Below are positions 1 through 9,114 of a stretch of 64,000 bases of DNA, piece after piece. The translations under genes and the position numbers were made by a program. The notes beneath the pieces are model-generated. The model saw only the letters and a program-made list of their open reading frames with translations. It was not told where the DNA came from and did not search any database. Every line of letters begins with the position of its first letter. The stretch's first letter is position 1. Where the stretch lies: assembly GCA_051382295.1 (NCBI GenBank), contig JBBCAW010000004.1:1-64000 (forward strand), given 5' to 3'. This DNA is from Bdellovibrionota bacterium FG-1. GTDB lineage: Bacteria > Bdellovibrionota > UBA1018.

Positions 1-2
1 CC

Positions 3-1133
3 GATACCTTTGGAAGATACTTGAATGGCAGCGTTGATGAGGTAGCGATATTTAATTACGCACTCACGGCTCAACAAATCTCTCAAATATACTCCAGCAG
101 CGCCCTCTGGAAATGCCAATCCAAAACGATCTTCACTGATAACGCTTGGAGCATGCTCTCCGGCCTCTGGGACGGCGCCAATCTCTCCATGTACGTGAAC
201 GGTCAGCAGGAGTGCTCCATTACCCCGGGAACAACCTACGGTACGCCAGCGACCTCACTCACCGTCGGCGCCACCTCCGGGGGTGCGAGCTGGTGGAGCG
301 GCGCGCTTGGCGCCTTGAAGGTGTTTGGCGCAAGCGGCGGTACCACTGTCGGAGCCGCGGCAAATATCCAAAGTGACTTCAATGCTGAAGCCAATCGCTA
401 CCGCGCGACCACCGTGCCGGATATTGTGACGAGCGGCCTCGTCCTCAATCTCGACGCGGCCAACGCAAAGGGCGGAACGACGACTTATGCAGCAGGCTGT
501 GCCGCAACCGATATGAGTTGGTTTGACCTTTCTGCGTCGATGTTTAACGGCACGTTAAAATGCGCCAACGCCGGCGGCGATGGCTGGCAAGGTACGGGCA
601 GCACAGCCAACCCCTACGTCCTGGTACTCAATGGCAGCTCGGACTCTGTGAATACTGTCGCTGCGAGTACTTTGCTAAGTGGAACCAGTCTTTCTATAGA
701 GGCGTGGATCAACCCCTCTGCCGTAAATACCGCGTGGGGCATTGCGGGAGCGCGAAGCGCTGCGGTCAATTCATGGGCCTTTTATGTGCGAGCAACAGGC
801 CAGTTAGGCTTCACTCTGAATGCAACAAACGATTTCAACAGCACTACCGCAGGGTTGACTGCGGGCAGTTTTCAACATGTTGTAGCGGTAGTGAACGGCA
901 GCAGTCTCAACATCTATCGCAATGGATCGAATGTATATTCCACATCAATGGGTGTATCGATTGCCAGTACCGCAACCGCACTGGTTATTGGACGCGAAGG
1001 ACCGAGCTATGCCAGCTATTTCAACGGATCGATGGCTGCCGTGAGGATCTACAACCGCAATCTTGGCCAAGCCGAAGTCTCCCAAAACTGCTTCGCCCTG
1101 GCCGGTCGTTTTGATGGAGTAACCTGTCACTAA
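3..1133 (+). CDS. C-terminal part of a large LamG/concanavalin-A-like domain surface protein (5' end outside window)
   Basis: Frame is open from the window edge. LamG signatures: NGSVDEVAIFNYALT, GLVLNLDAAN, SIEAWINP, FQHVVAV, FNGSMAAVRIYNRNL. Ser/Thr/Gly/Ala-rich. Confidence 0.85.
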   Translation, partial: DTFGRYLNGSVDEVAIFNYALTAQQISQIYSSSALWKCQSKTIFTDNAWSMLSGLWDGANLSMYVNGQQECSITPGTTYGTPATSLTVGATSGGASWWSGALGALKVFGASGGTTVGAAANIQSDFNAEANRYRATTVPDIVTSGLVLNLDAANAKGGTTTYAAGCAATDMSWFDLSASMFNGTLKCANAGGDGWQGTGSTANPYVLVLNGSSDSVNTVAASTLLSGTSLSIEAWINPSAVNTAWGIAGARSAAVNSWAFYVRATGQLGFTLNATNDFNSTTAGLTAGSFQHVVAVVNGSSLNIYRNGSNVYSTSMGVSIASTATALVIGREGPSYASYFNGSMAAVRIYNRNLGQAEVSQNCFALAGRFDGVTCH

Positions 1134-1236
1134 TGACTCGACGACACCTGGGAACCTCATATTATCGATTTTTCGCGCGTTCGTTTGCGAAAATCTCTAA
1201 GAGACAAAGTAGATAAAAGTATGATATTCTTCAAGC

Positions 1237-1479
1237 ATGTGCGGTTTTCCAAATCCAAGTTTAGAAAAACGTATTACGACCAGGCCCGAGCAATGCGGTG
1301 GACGCCCCTGCGTTCGCGGCATGCGGATTCGCGTAGCTGATGTTTTGGATCTGTATGCTACCGGGCTGTCGGCGGAAGATATCCTTAAAGAGATGCCCGA
1401 TCTCACCCAAGAAGATTTACGAGCTTGCCTACAATACGCCGCTCGTAGGTTGGATCATCCGGTTGTTCAAGTCGCATGA
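1237..1479 (+). CDS. DUF433-family antitoxin
   Basis: RITTRPEQCGGRPCVRGMRIRVADVL...PDLTQEDLRACLQYA is the DUF433 pattern. Its stop overlaps the ATG of a PIN-like gene (ATGA 1476-1479). Confidence 0.9.
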   Translation: MCGFPNPSLEKRITTRPEQCGGRPCVRGMRIRVADVLDLYATGLSAEDILKEMPDLTQEDLRACLQYAARRLDHPVVQVA

Positions 1480-1806
1480 CCTTCTGGCTTGACGCTCACC
1501 TTGCGCCCGGACTCGCCCCTTGGATTACGGGTTCGTGATCTCAACCTCCGGGACGCCGCTGACGAAGTCATTTTCGCGGCTGCCAAAGTTGCAAATGCCG
1601 TCGTCATCACGAAGGACAAAGACTTCGTGAATCTACTGATGCAGCAGGGAGCGCCGCCGCAAGTGGCTAATCTTAGTATAGCCCTGTGTGATACCGACAT
1701 GAAAGCCACTTGTTTTAGGCTGATTCTTCTGGCACGTGCCCATCGTGCGACAGAAACCCGGCTAGACGCCGAAGAGTGTGTCAGTTCAGACAAAAGGACT
1801 GCTTAA
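1476..1806 (+). pseudogene. DUF5615-type PIN-like toxin, frameshifted
   Basis: ATG 1476 reads MTFWLDAHLAPGLAPWITGS-stop (1538). The family continuation VRDLNLRDAADEVIF...VVITKDKDF...GAPPQV is in another frame from 1531. Similarity is lost after about 1665. Confidence 0.8.
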
Positions 1807-1844
1807 ATTCCGACAAAACTTCTCACCCCCTACAAAATTCCCCA

Positions 1845-1871
1845 AAAGCCAAAACCTCCTCTGACCGATAA
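1845..1871 (+). promoter_or_regulatory. sigma28 (FliA)-like promoter
   Basis: AAAG-N15-ACCGATAA versus consensus TAAA-N15-GCCGATAA, immediately before the 1878/1881 start. Confidence 0.45.
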
Positions 1872-1877
1872 GCGTGT

Positions 1878-3080
1878 GTGATGCTTTGGCTTCGACCCCT
1901 TAAATTTGCGGTCACTTTATTGGCGCTTGTCAGCCTGGCTGGCGGCAACCTCTCTCACGCGGCACATCAGCCTTGCCTTGAGCCTATTCTCAGTGCGCTG
2001 TCCGAAGAAAGCGTCATTTCTGAGGGACCAGGTTGGGTAGAACAACAACAACTGCACGTCCACGGGCTGGTTCTCACTTCCAAAGGGTATCGGCTTACCT
2101 ATTCGCCGCATCCCGTTCGCACCGGTGCAAAGGCAGCCCTTCCAAACTATCAGCCAGACCCCAACCATCCTGCCTTGGATTTTCTTTTTAATAGCGGCCC
2201 CGCTTCTCATAAGCTCCAGTCCCGTTTTGAAATGCAAACCCCTTTGAAAAGATTCGAATACACGCCCCCCCGTTACATGATCGCGCTCCTTTCCATCGAA
2301 GAGCTAGCCCAAGCAAATCCCCAACACTTTACCCTCAAACCGCTCACGGGCTCTCCCGAACAAAGACTCTGGGAGTACCTCTCCTCCCTCGGCCAAAACA
2401 TGGATGCCCAAATCACACCTATAGGGAAGGGGGGCTATTCCACTGCCTACGCCGTTCACCCTGAAGTACCGACGGGTACTCCTGATCGGCCATCCTGGGC
2501 GCTTAAACACGCTGTGGCCATCGCCAAAGTCAGGCATGCGCTGAGAGAAGGAATGGATCCGCGAAGTATCGCCTTGGTATTTTTGCGGGATCTCGCGGTG
2601 GGCCGACTGGCTAAACAGCTTTTAGAGCGCGTCAAGTTTAGAGGAAAACAACTCATCCGAGTCGCTGACATCAAGGGTGGAGCGGGCGCTGCCGAACGTG
2701 GAATTATGCTTCAAGCCCCGGCTCAGGGGATCTCAACTCAGGATCTCGCCTTGGCCGTAGATAAATTCTTGACTGCGGAAGGGGCCCCCCCGGCAGATGC
2801 GATCGACACCCTCAAAAAAGCGGGTTTTACCGGACCATTTGGTGCAGTCTCTCGCGCCAAGGCAAAAGAAGCACTCCAATATATCCAGGCCCTCGAGCAC
2901 TCATACCGCTTAGTGAATAACGATGCCCTCAACTATGAGTACGAAAATGGGCTCGTCCTGCTGGGCAATACCATGCACACCGAAGACCGAAAACTTTCAT
3001 TAGTCGGCTTAGATTACAACCATGGCCGCAACGTGATTTGGGATCCAAAAACGAGGATGTTCGTCGTCATCGACTGGTAA
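1878..3080 (+). CDS. Secreted hypothetical protein with atypical protein-kinase-like motifs
   Basis: 400-aa ORF with signal peptide, Gly-rich loop [17 protein letters not shown], and C-terminal [10 protein letters not shown]...VIDW. Confidence 0.6.
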   Translation: MMLWLRPLKFAVTLLALVSLAGGNLSHAAHQPCLEPILSALSEESVISEGPGWVEQQQLHVHGLVLTSKGYRLTYSPHPVRTGAKAALPNYQPDPNHPALDFLFNSGPASHKLQSRFEMQTPLKRFEYTPPRYMIALLSIEELAQANPQHFTLKPLTGSPEQRLWEYLSSLGQNMDAQITPIGKGGYSTAYAVHPEVPTGTPDRPSWALKHAVAIAKVRHALREGMDPRSIALVFLRDLAVGRLAKQLLERVKFRGKQLIRVADIKGGAGAAERGIMLQAPAQGISTQDLALAVDKFLTAEGAPPADAIDTLKKAGFTGPFGAVSRAKAKEALQYIQALEHSYRLVNNDALNYEYENGLVLLGNTMHTEDRKLSLVGLDYNHGRNVIWDPKTRMFVVIDW

Positions 3081-3083
3081 AAA

Positions 3084-4337
3084 TCAGGTCGACCCGCTCA
3101 TCCCCTTGATGAATTCACCATTTGTTTTGGAGTGCGCGACCTTATCCAAGAGGAACTCCATCGCATCAACCGTATTCATGGGATGCAGCACTTTACGAAG
3201 AATCCAAAGTCGATTGAGAATGTCCTTCGGAAGAAGCATTTCTTCTTTTCGTGTTGCCGATTTATTAATGTCCAAACAAGGAAAGATGCGCTTTTCCATT
3301 AATTTGCGATCCAGATGGATTTCAGAGTTGCCCGTACCCTTGAACTCTTCAAAGATCACTTCGTCCATGCGGGAGCCGGTTTCCACCAAGGAGGTCGCGA
3401 TAATCGTCAGCGAGCCACCTTCTTCGATATTTCGCGCGGCTCCAAAAAAGCGCTTCGGCTTATGAAGCGCATTGGAGTCGACCCCGCCGGAGAGAATCTT
3501 ACCCGAGGGCGGCACCACCGAGTTATAGGCGCGCGCCAAACGAGTGATTGAGTCGAGCAAAATCACGACGTCATATTTATTTTCGACTAGGCGCTTAGCC
3601 TTTTCGATGACCATTTCGGCCACTTGCACATGGCGCGAGGCCTGCTCATCAAAAGTCGAGCTCACAACCTCGCCCTTCACTGAACGTTGCATGTCCGTCA
3701 CTTCTTCGGGACGCTCGTCGATCAGCAAGACAATGAGCTTGATCTCAGGGTGATTGGTCGTAATGGCGTTGGCAATATCTTGCATCAACACCGTTTTGCC
3801 CGCACGAGGAGGCGCCACAATCAAACACCGCTGGCCCTTACCGAGCGGCACCATCATATCGATGATTCGAGTGCTATAATTGGTCGGCTGATATTCAAGG
3901 TTGATCCGTTCGTTCGGGTAAAGGGGGGTCAGATTATCAAAAAGGACCTTTTCCGAATTCAGTTCGGGCGTCTGAAAATTGACTTGTTCCACCTTCAGGA
4001 GTGCAAAGTAACGCTCGCCTTCTTTAGGGGCCCGAACCGAGCCACTGACCGTATCTCCGGTCCGCAACCCAAAACGGCGAATCTGAGAAGGCGATACATA
4101 GACATCATCAGGACCTGGCAGGTAATTATAATCGGGCGCCCTTAAGAATCCGAAGCCATCCGGTAGGCATTCCAACACGCCATCCGCATAAATATGTTCA
4201 TCTTTTTCGGCTTTTTTCTGAAGAACCGCAAAAATCAAATCTTGTTTACGCATGCCCCCGGCGTTTTCGATGCCGAGTTCTTTGCCCATTTCGACAAGAT
4301 CACCGATCTTTTTTTCTTTTAAGTCCCTAAGATGCAT
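3084..4337 (-). CDS. rho: Transcription termination factor Rho
   Basis: [20 protein letters not shown], Walker [39 protein letters not shown]. Confidence 0.99.
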   Translation of the reverse strand: MHLRDLKEKKIGDLVEMGKELGIENAGGMRKQDLIFAVLQKKAEKDEHIYADGVLECLPDGFGFLRAPDYNYLPGPDDVYVSPSQIRRFGLRTGDTVSGSVRAPKEGERYFALLKVEQVNFQTPELNSEKVLFDNLTPLYPNERINLEYQPTNYSTRIIDMMVPLGKGQRCLIVAPPRAGKTVLMQDIANAITTNHPEIKLIVLLIDERPEEVTDMQRSVKGEVVSSTFDEQASRHVQVAEMVIEKAKRLVENKYDVVILLDSITRLARAYNSVVPPSGKILSGGVDSNALHKPKRFFGAARNIEEGGSLTIIATSLVETGSRMDEVIFEEFKGTGNSEIHLDRKLMEKRIFPCLDINKSATRKEEMLLPKDILNRLWILRKVLHPMNTVDAMEFLLDKVAHSKTNGEFIKGMSGST

Positions 4338-4491
4338 CTAGCTGATTCCTATGTGATGTCATTGAATTGTCAGGAGGATTTTTACGGAAGGGGAGAGGCG
4401 AGCCGCCGCTCCTTATTTTGGGTAACAAAGTCTTCTAAGCGAGTAAAGAAAAAAGCTGCTTCGCGCCAAGCTCGCGATACAATCATTAAGC

Positions 4492-5580
4492 ATGCGAAAG
4501 CTTATTGCCGCGTTATTCTTGTTGGTCACCCTAACCCTGGGCGTAGTCGGGGCGTCCATTGGAATTTTTGCGCTCACCCCCACTGACCCAGGCGCGAGTG
4601 TAAAAGTCATCATCGAAGTCCGGAAAGGCCAAACCCCGGGCGAAATTATCAAAATCCTTTCGAACCAAGGAACCGTTTCCGATTCTTATCGCATGATGTG
4701 GGTGGGACGCCTCACCCGTCAATGGAAACGCATCAAGGCCGGCGAATATGAAGTTTCAGCCGCCATGAGCCCGCTAGAAATTTTTGGAGTCCTCACTTCA
4801 GGGGTGAGCGTCGCGCATCCGGTGACCGTTCGCGAAGGCGAAAATATGTATGAAATCGCCGCAGATCTTGAAATAAAAAAGCTCACTTCCAAAAGCCGGG
4901 TTCTCGCTCTTTGCTCCGATCGCAAATTCTTGCTCTCATTGGGATTCAAAGCTCCGCTACCCCGCTCACTCGAGGGCTTTCTCTTTCCCGACACCTACTT
5001 TTTTAACCGTGCGATGAATGCTGAGGACATGCTCAAGGCAATGGTTCGCAAATTTCAATCAGTATGGAGCCCACAAGACGATTCGAAGGCCACCGAATTG
5101 GGAATGACTCAGCTTCAAGTAGTCACACTCGCTTCGATCATCGAAAAAGAAACAGGCGCTCCAGAAGAAAGGCCACTGATTAGCTCAGTCTTTCATAACC
5201 GCATTAGGAAAAAAATACGTCTTCAGAGTGATCCAACTACGATTTATGGGATGTGGGAAACCTACCGAGGAAAGATCCACCGCAGCGATCTTCTGGCCGT
5301 TAACTTATTTAATACTTATACCCTTCCTGGTCTCCCTGTCGGACCCATTTCCAACCCCGGGAAGGAAGCACTGAAAGCAGCACTTAACCCATCAGAATCA
5401 CAGTATATTTTCTTTGTATCTCACAATGATGGTACGCATGAATTTACGACCAATTTGCATGACCACAATCATGCAGTTGCCAAATTCCAATTGGACCCAA
5501 AAGCCCGTGCCGGAAAAAGCTGGCGGGACTTAAAAAGAAACTCTGCGTCAAAATCGAATCCGACGACCGTTAATTATTGA
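4492..5580 (+). CDS. mltG: Endolytic transglycosylase MltG
   Basis: N-terminal TM segment, LEGFLFPDTY, LASIIEKET, LQSDPT, GLPVGPISNPG. Confidence 0.97.
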   Translation: MRKLIAALFLLVTLTLGVVGASIGIFALTPTDPGASVKVIIEVRKGQTPGEIIKILSNQGTVSDSYRMMWVGRLTRQWKRIKAGEYEVSAAMSPLEIFGVLTSGVSVAHPVTVREGENMYEIAADLEIKKLTSKSRVLALCSDRKFLLSLGFKAPLPRSLEGFLFPDTYFFNRAMNAEDMLKAMVRKFQSVWSPQDDSKATELGMTQLQVVTLASIIEKETGAPEERPLISSVFHNRIRKKIRLQSDPTTIYGMWETYRGKIHRSDLLAVNLFNTYTLPGLPVGPISNPGKEALKAALNPSESQYIFFVSHNDGTHEFTTNLHDHNHAVAKFQLDPKARAGKSWRDLKRNSASKSNPTTVNY

Positions 5581-5627
5581 CTTTATCACTCTAATTTTAT
5601 ACCTGCTTCACATCGGAGGTTGGCCTT

Positions 5628-6203
5628 GTGAAGCAGCAAATTGTTCTCGCCGCCTTAGCACTTTCAATCACCGCATTCGCACCGATGAGTTCTCATCAGT
5701 GTGCGGAATTCAGCGAGTCTGTTCTCGAACCGCTTGATGCAGTGTCGACCTTTTTGAACCGTTCCCCTTCTCTCGATACCCTAGTTCAGTCGGGGTGCTT
5801 GATGATTGCCCAACAATTTCAATCACTTCCGCAAGGGGCCGAACTTGTTCGGCAGCTCGCGTCTCAAAGAATTGAAAACACCTCAAGCCGCTGCCTCTAC
5901 CCCATTAACTCGATCCAGTATAAATGCGAGGGTCCTCAAGGCGAAACCCCGCGCTGTACCCCCCAAACCTACTCTTACTGCGGCCAGTGGGAGTATTCGA
6001 TGACCAACGATTCTGGATATGAGCTTTCGATGGAGCTTGCGCTTAGACTCGACACAATTTATGAAAAAGCCCAAACGCTTTGTGGACTAGCCCTACGGCT
6101 CAATCCGGGTGCTCTCGAAGTGGCGCGAGATTTACAAAACAGCCTCAGGGATGAGATTCTGGAGTCCTCCGAGAAAAGCTACGACCGGGCTTGTGGACCG
6201 TAA
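5628..6203 (+). CDS. Secreted Cys-rich hypothetical protein
   Basis: GGAGG RBS, GTG start, signal peptide, 8 Cys. No family recognised. Confidence 0.75.
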   Translation: MKQQIVLAALALSITAFAPMSSHQCAEFSESVLEPLDAVSTFLNRSPSLDTLVQSGCLMIAQQFQSLPQGAELVRQLASQRIENTSSRCLYPINSIQYKCEGPQGETPRCTPQTYSYCGQWEYSMTNDSGYELSMELALRLDTIYEKAQTLCGLALRLNPGALEVARDLQNSLRDEILESSEKSYDRACGP

Positions 6204-7423
6204 CAAACAAAGGCAATCAAGCCCAACTCAGCCCAAAGCATCAAGGCGCCGGCTTCGAATCGCGCACCCCAAGCATCTCCCACAAAATCAAAGCCCGATA
6301 AATTCATCACCGCAAACAAGAAAAACAGCAAATAGGCTCGACGACGCGTCTTGATCCGGTCCAAAGCAAGAATTGCGAGTGGCAAGGCCATGACAAAATA
6401 GGGCTTCCAGACTAGGTGCGATGGCAAAATCAATAGCGCCATTAAGACGGCACACCACTCCAAGGGCGCTTTTTGCGAACCCTTCGTGATCCACATCAAT
6501 AAAAACCCAGCCGCGCTCACCATCCAAGCCAATGAAAGCAGCATGATCGCGGTGCCCGACAGCCAGGGCACGCCAAACACTACCGGCACCATTCCATGGG
6601 AGACGACATGGGTGGCCTCGCCGGTCAGATAGTGATGTAAAAATGCGGCAAAGCTCTGGTTATGTGATTCCAGTGGTAAACCCCGGGACACCAAAGCCTC
6701 GCGCCACTCGCTCAGCAAATGCCAGGTTCCCGCCCATCCTTGAGTCAATACGGGAACTAACAAAATCAGCGCCACGCCCGCAAACAAACCCAAACGCTCG
6801 AGGCGTAAGCGTTTTTCAGGGATTCCTTTTTTGACCAGATAAGGAACCACCAATAACGGCAACGGAAATACTTTGGCCACAGCGACCACACCGAGCACGA
6901 GCCAACGCAATAGGTCCAAAAATCCGGCCGAATCACGCCGAAAATGCCCTAATAACGCCCAGGCACAAGCGCCTAAGATCAAAATATTGACCTGACCGTA
7001 CTGAAAATCGATAAGCAAAGGTCGAACGACCAACAAAATACCCAGCGCCGCAAAGCCCGTGGCCACACCTTGCTCGTAAGCTCGGGGCCGAAACTCGCGC
7101 ACCAGATAACCGATCACCGCTGCCTTGGCAAAACACCAAAGCGCTAAAACCATTTGCCCGGGCAACAATGCCAAAGGACTCAAGAGCCACGCAAAACCCG
7201 GCGCGTAAAGAAACCGATCCGGCGTAAGGGCTCGGTTATAAATTTCGGCGCCTCTCCCCTCGAGCACCATTTTCCAGGCCGAATAAAACACTTTAAAGTC
7301 ATGAGCGCCCCGCTCAAACGCCCAAAACGTGCCCACCGAAATCACCAAACTAGCGACTAGAAATCCAATGCCCGGGGGAATGCCCAAAAACCCATCCTCT
7401 TCAGCGCGTACTGGGGCACTCAC
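6179..7423 (-). CDS. GT-C membrane glycosyltransferase (family 87/DUF2029-like)
   Basis: Multi-TM protein with HDFKVFY, FLYAP, GQVN, AKVFP and HNQS motifs. Confidence 0.85.
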   Translation of the reverse strand: MSAPVRAEEDGFLGIPPGIGFLVASLVISVGTFWAFERGAHDFKVFYSAWKMVLEGRGAEIYNRALTPDRFLYAPGFAWLLSPLALLPGQMVLALWCFAKAAVIGYLVREFRPRAYEQGVATGFAALGILLVVRPLLIDFQYGQVNILILGACAWALLGHFRRDSAGFLDLLRWLVLGVVAVAKVFPLPLLVVPYLVKKGIPEKRLRLERLGLFAGVALILLVPVLTQGWAGTWHLLSEWREALVSRGLPLESHNQSFAAFLHHYLTGEATHVVSHGMVPVVFGVPWLSGTAIMLLSLAWMVSAAGFLLMWITKGSQKAPLEWCAVLMALLILPSHLVWKPYFVMALPLAILALDRIKTRRRAYLLFFLFAVMNLSGFDFVGDAWGARFEAGALMLWAELGLIAFVCYGPQARS

Positions 7424-7998
7424 GCAATAGCCTCATAGAGTTCGCGAGAGGGCGTGAGAAAATCGAAGAGAGGATTAATGTATTCCTCTTCAAGTGAGAT
7501 CAGTCTTTGTTTCAGTCTCATTTCCGAACAATTGGGATCAATCGAACCCATGAATCCGCCCAAGGAGGCGACTGAAACAATTCGATGACAAGGCACCAAG
7601 ACCGGAAGCGGATTCGCTCGCAGGGCTTGCCCCACGGCACGACTGGCTGAAGGCTGACCCAGACGTTGCGCCACCCATCCATAAGTTCGTGTCTCACCGT
7701 GAGGAAGACGCGAAATAACCAGATAGACCTGCCTTTGAAACGAAGTCCAGAAGCTATCGTCAATCCAGTTCCAGGGGATTTCACCCAGGGGAACACCCGA
7801 ATCAAAATAAGCTTGAAGGGCTCGAAAAAGCCACAAAACAGAAGGAGGCGCTAACGTGAGTTGAGAACCAACACACGGTGTCCAGTGCCATTCGATTTTT
7901 TGCAGAAGTCCTAGCATATTGACCGTTACAGTAATGCTACCGAACCTCACTGGAAACTGATGTTGCTTCAAGTGGTTACCCTCGATCCACATTCGCAT
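7420..7998 (-). CDS. ogt: Methylated-DNA--protein-cysteine methyltransferase
   Basis: GETRTYG, SRAVGQA, NPLPVLVPCHRIV active-site motif. Confidence 0.93.
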   Translation of the reverse strand: MRMWIEGNHLKQHQFPVRFGSITVTVNMLGLLQKIEWHWTPCVGSQLTLAPPSVLWLFRALQAYFDSGVPLGEIPWNWIDDSFWTSFQRQVYLVISRLPHGETRTYGWVAQRLGQPSASRAVGQALRANPLPVLVPCHRIVSVASLGGFMGSIDPNCSEMRLKQRLISLEEEYINPLFDFLTPSRELYEAIA

Positions 7999-8032
7999 TC
8001 CAATTGCCGAAATTCAATGCGAAACTGCCACC

Positions 8033-9025
8033 ATGGATTGGATCGCTGTACGTGAATGGATGGTTGCAGTTGCGGTACTCCTCATTACCTTAGCCACTAA
8101 CGCCAGTCTACGAAGAGTGCTACGAAGGATGAGTTCCCATCGCAACTGGCCTTGGCTGATGAGTCTGGTGCCTTCGGTTTCGAACCTTCTTTATATCTTC
8201 GGGCTGCGCATTTTTGCTGAAATCGCACCCATGAGCAGCAAACTTTCGGCCTGGCTGGATAGCGGAATTTACGTCATCGCGGTGCTGATCGTTCTCGGGA
8301 TGCTTCGTCGCGCCGCAATGGTGGCGATCGAATGGAGCGTGACAAAGTCATCTAATGCCAGCACCCTTCAACAAGGTTTTATCCCTTTATTGAGAAATCT
8401 CGTCACCCTGTTCGTCTTGTTCTCGGGTGCGATCATGATTCTCAAACGTTTTAATTACGATGTTTTGTCTCTGCTGACGGCATTGGGAGTGGGCTCTTTG
8501 GCTGTCGGTCTTGCGGCCAAAGATACCTTGTCGAACATGATTTCGGGTTTTACCTTGATCATCGATCGAAATTTGCGCCCGGGAGATCGCATTAACCTTT
8601 CCGGAAGTATCGGCGATGTGGATGAAATCGGCCTCAGGAGCACACGACTCAGAATGGGCGATGGCAATACGTTGATTGTGCCGAATTCGGATTTGGTCAA
8701 TACCAAAATCCTTAACCTTTCACTTCCTTCGCGGGAAGCCACGACGTCCACTACTTTTAGAGTTCCTTTTGAAGTATCCTTTGATCAAGTCAAAACCATC
8801 TGCCTTGAAACGGTCGACCAAATCAAACGCGCAAACTCGGCACGCGGAAAATGGGTCAACCTCAATCATCTCAACGAAGGCTGTCAGTCCATTACAGTCG
8901 GCTTTTGGCTTTTCGACATGGATGACGCGGGTGCTGCAATGACAGAGTTCAACGAGCGCCTCCTTATTCGATTTCGCGAACAGAATATTCCTCTATTTAA
9001 AATCGCGCAGTGCGCCGACAAATAG
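8033..9025 (+). CDS. mscS: Small-conductance mechanosensitive channel (MscS family)
   Basis: LGVGSLAVGLAAKDTLSN, GDRI, IGLRST, VPNS. Confidence 0.92.
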   Translation: MDWIAVREWMVAVAVLLITLATNASLRRVLRRMSSHRNWPWLMSLVPSVSNLLYIFGLRIFAEIAPMSSKLSAWLDSGIYVIAVLIVLGMLRRAAMVAIEWSVTKSSNASTLQQGFIPLLRNLVTLFVLFSGAIMILKRFNYDVLSLLTALGVGSLAVGLAAKDTLSNMISGFTLIIDRNLRPGDRINLSGSIGDVDEIGLRSTRLRMGDGNTLIVPNSDLVNTKILNLSLPSREATTSTTFRVPFEVSFDQVKTICLETVDQIKRANSARGKWVNLNHLNEGCQSITVGFWLFDMDDAGAAMTEFNERLLIRFREQNIPLFKIAQCADK

Positions 9026-9114
9026 CGGTAAATCTCTGGGGTTTTCCCTTGTTTATGCACATAGCGCGAAGTAGTGTCGCATGCCTGTTCACAATATAGT
9101 TGTGGGGATTTTGA

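Noticed and set aside
9026..9114. SRP RNA or tRNA often found upstream of dnaX
   Set aside because: The 89-nt gap has no SRP core motif or cloverleaf.
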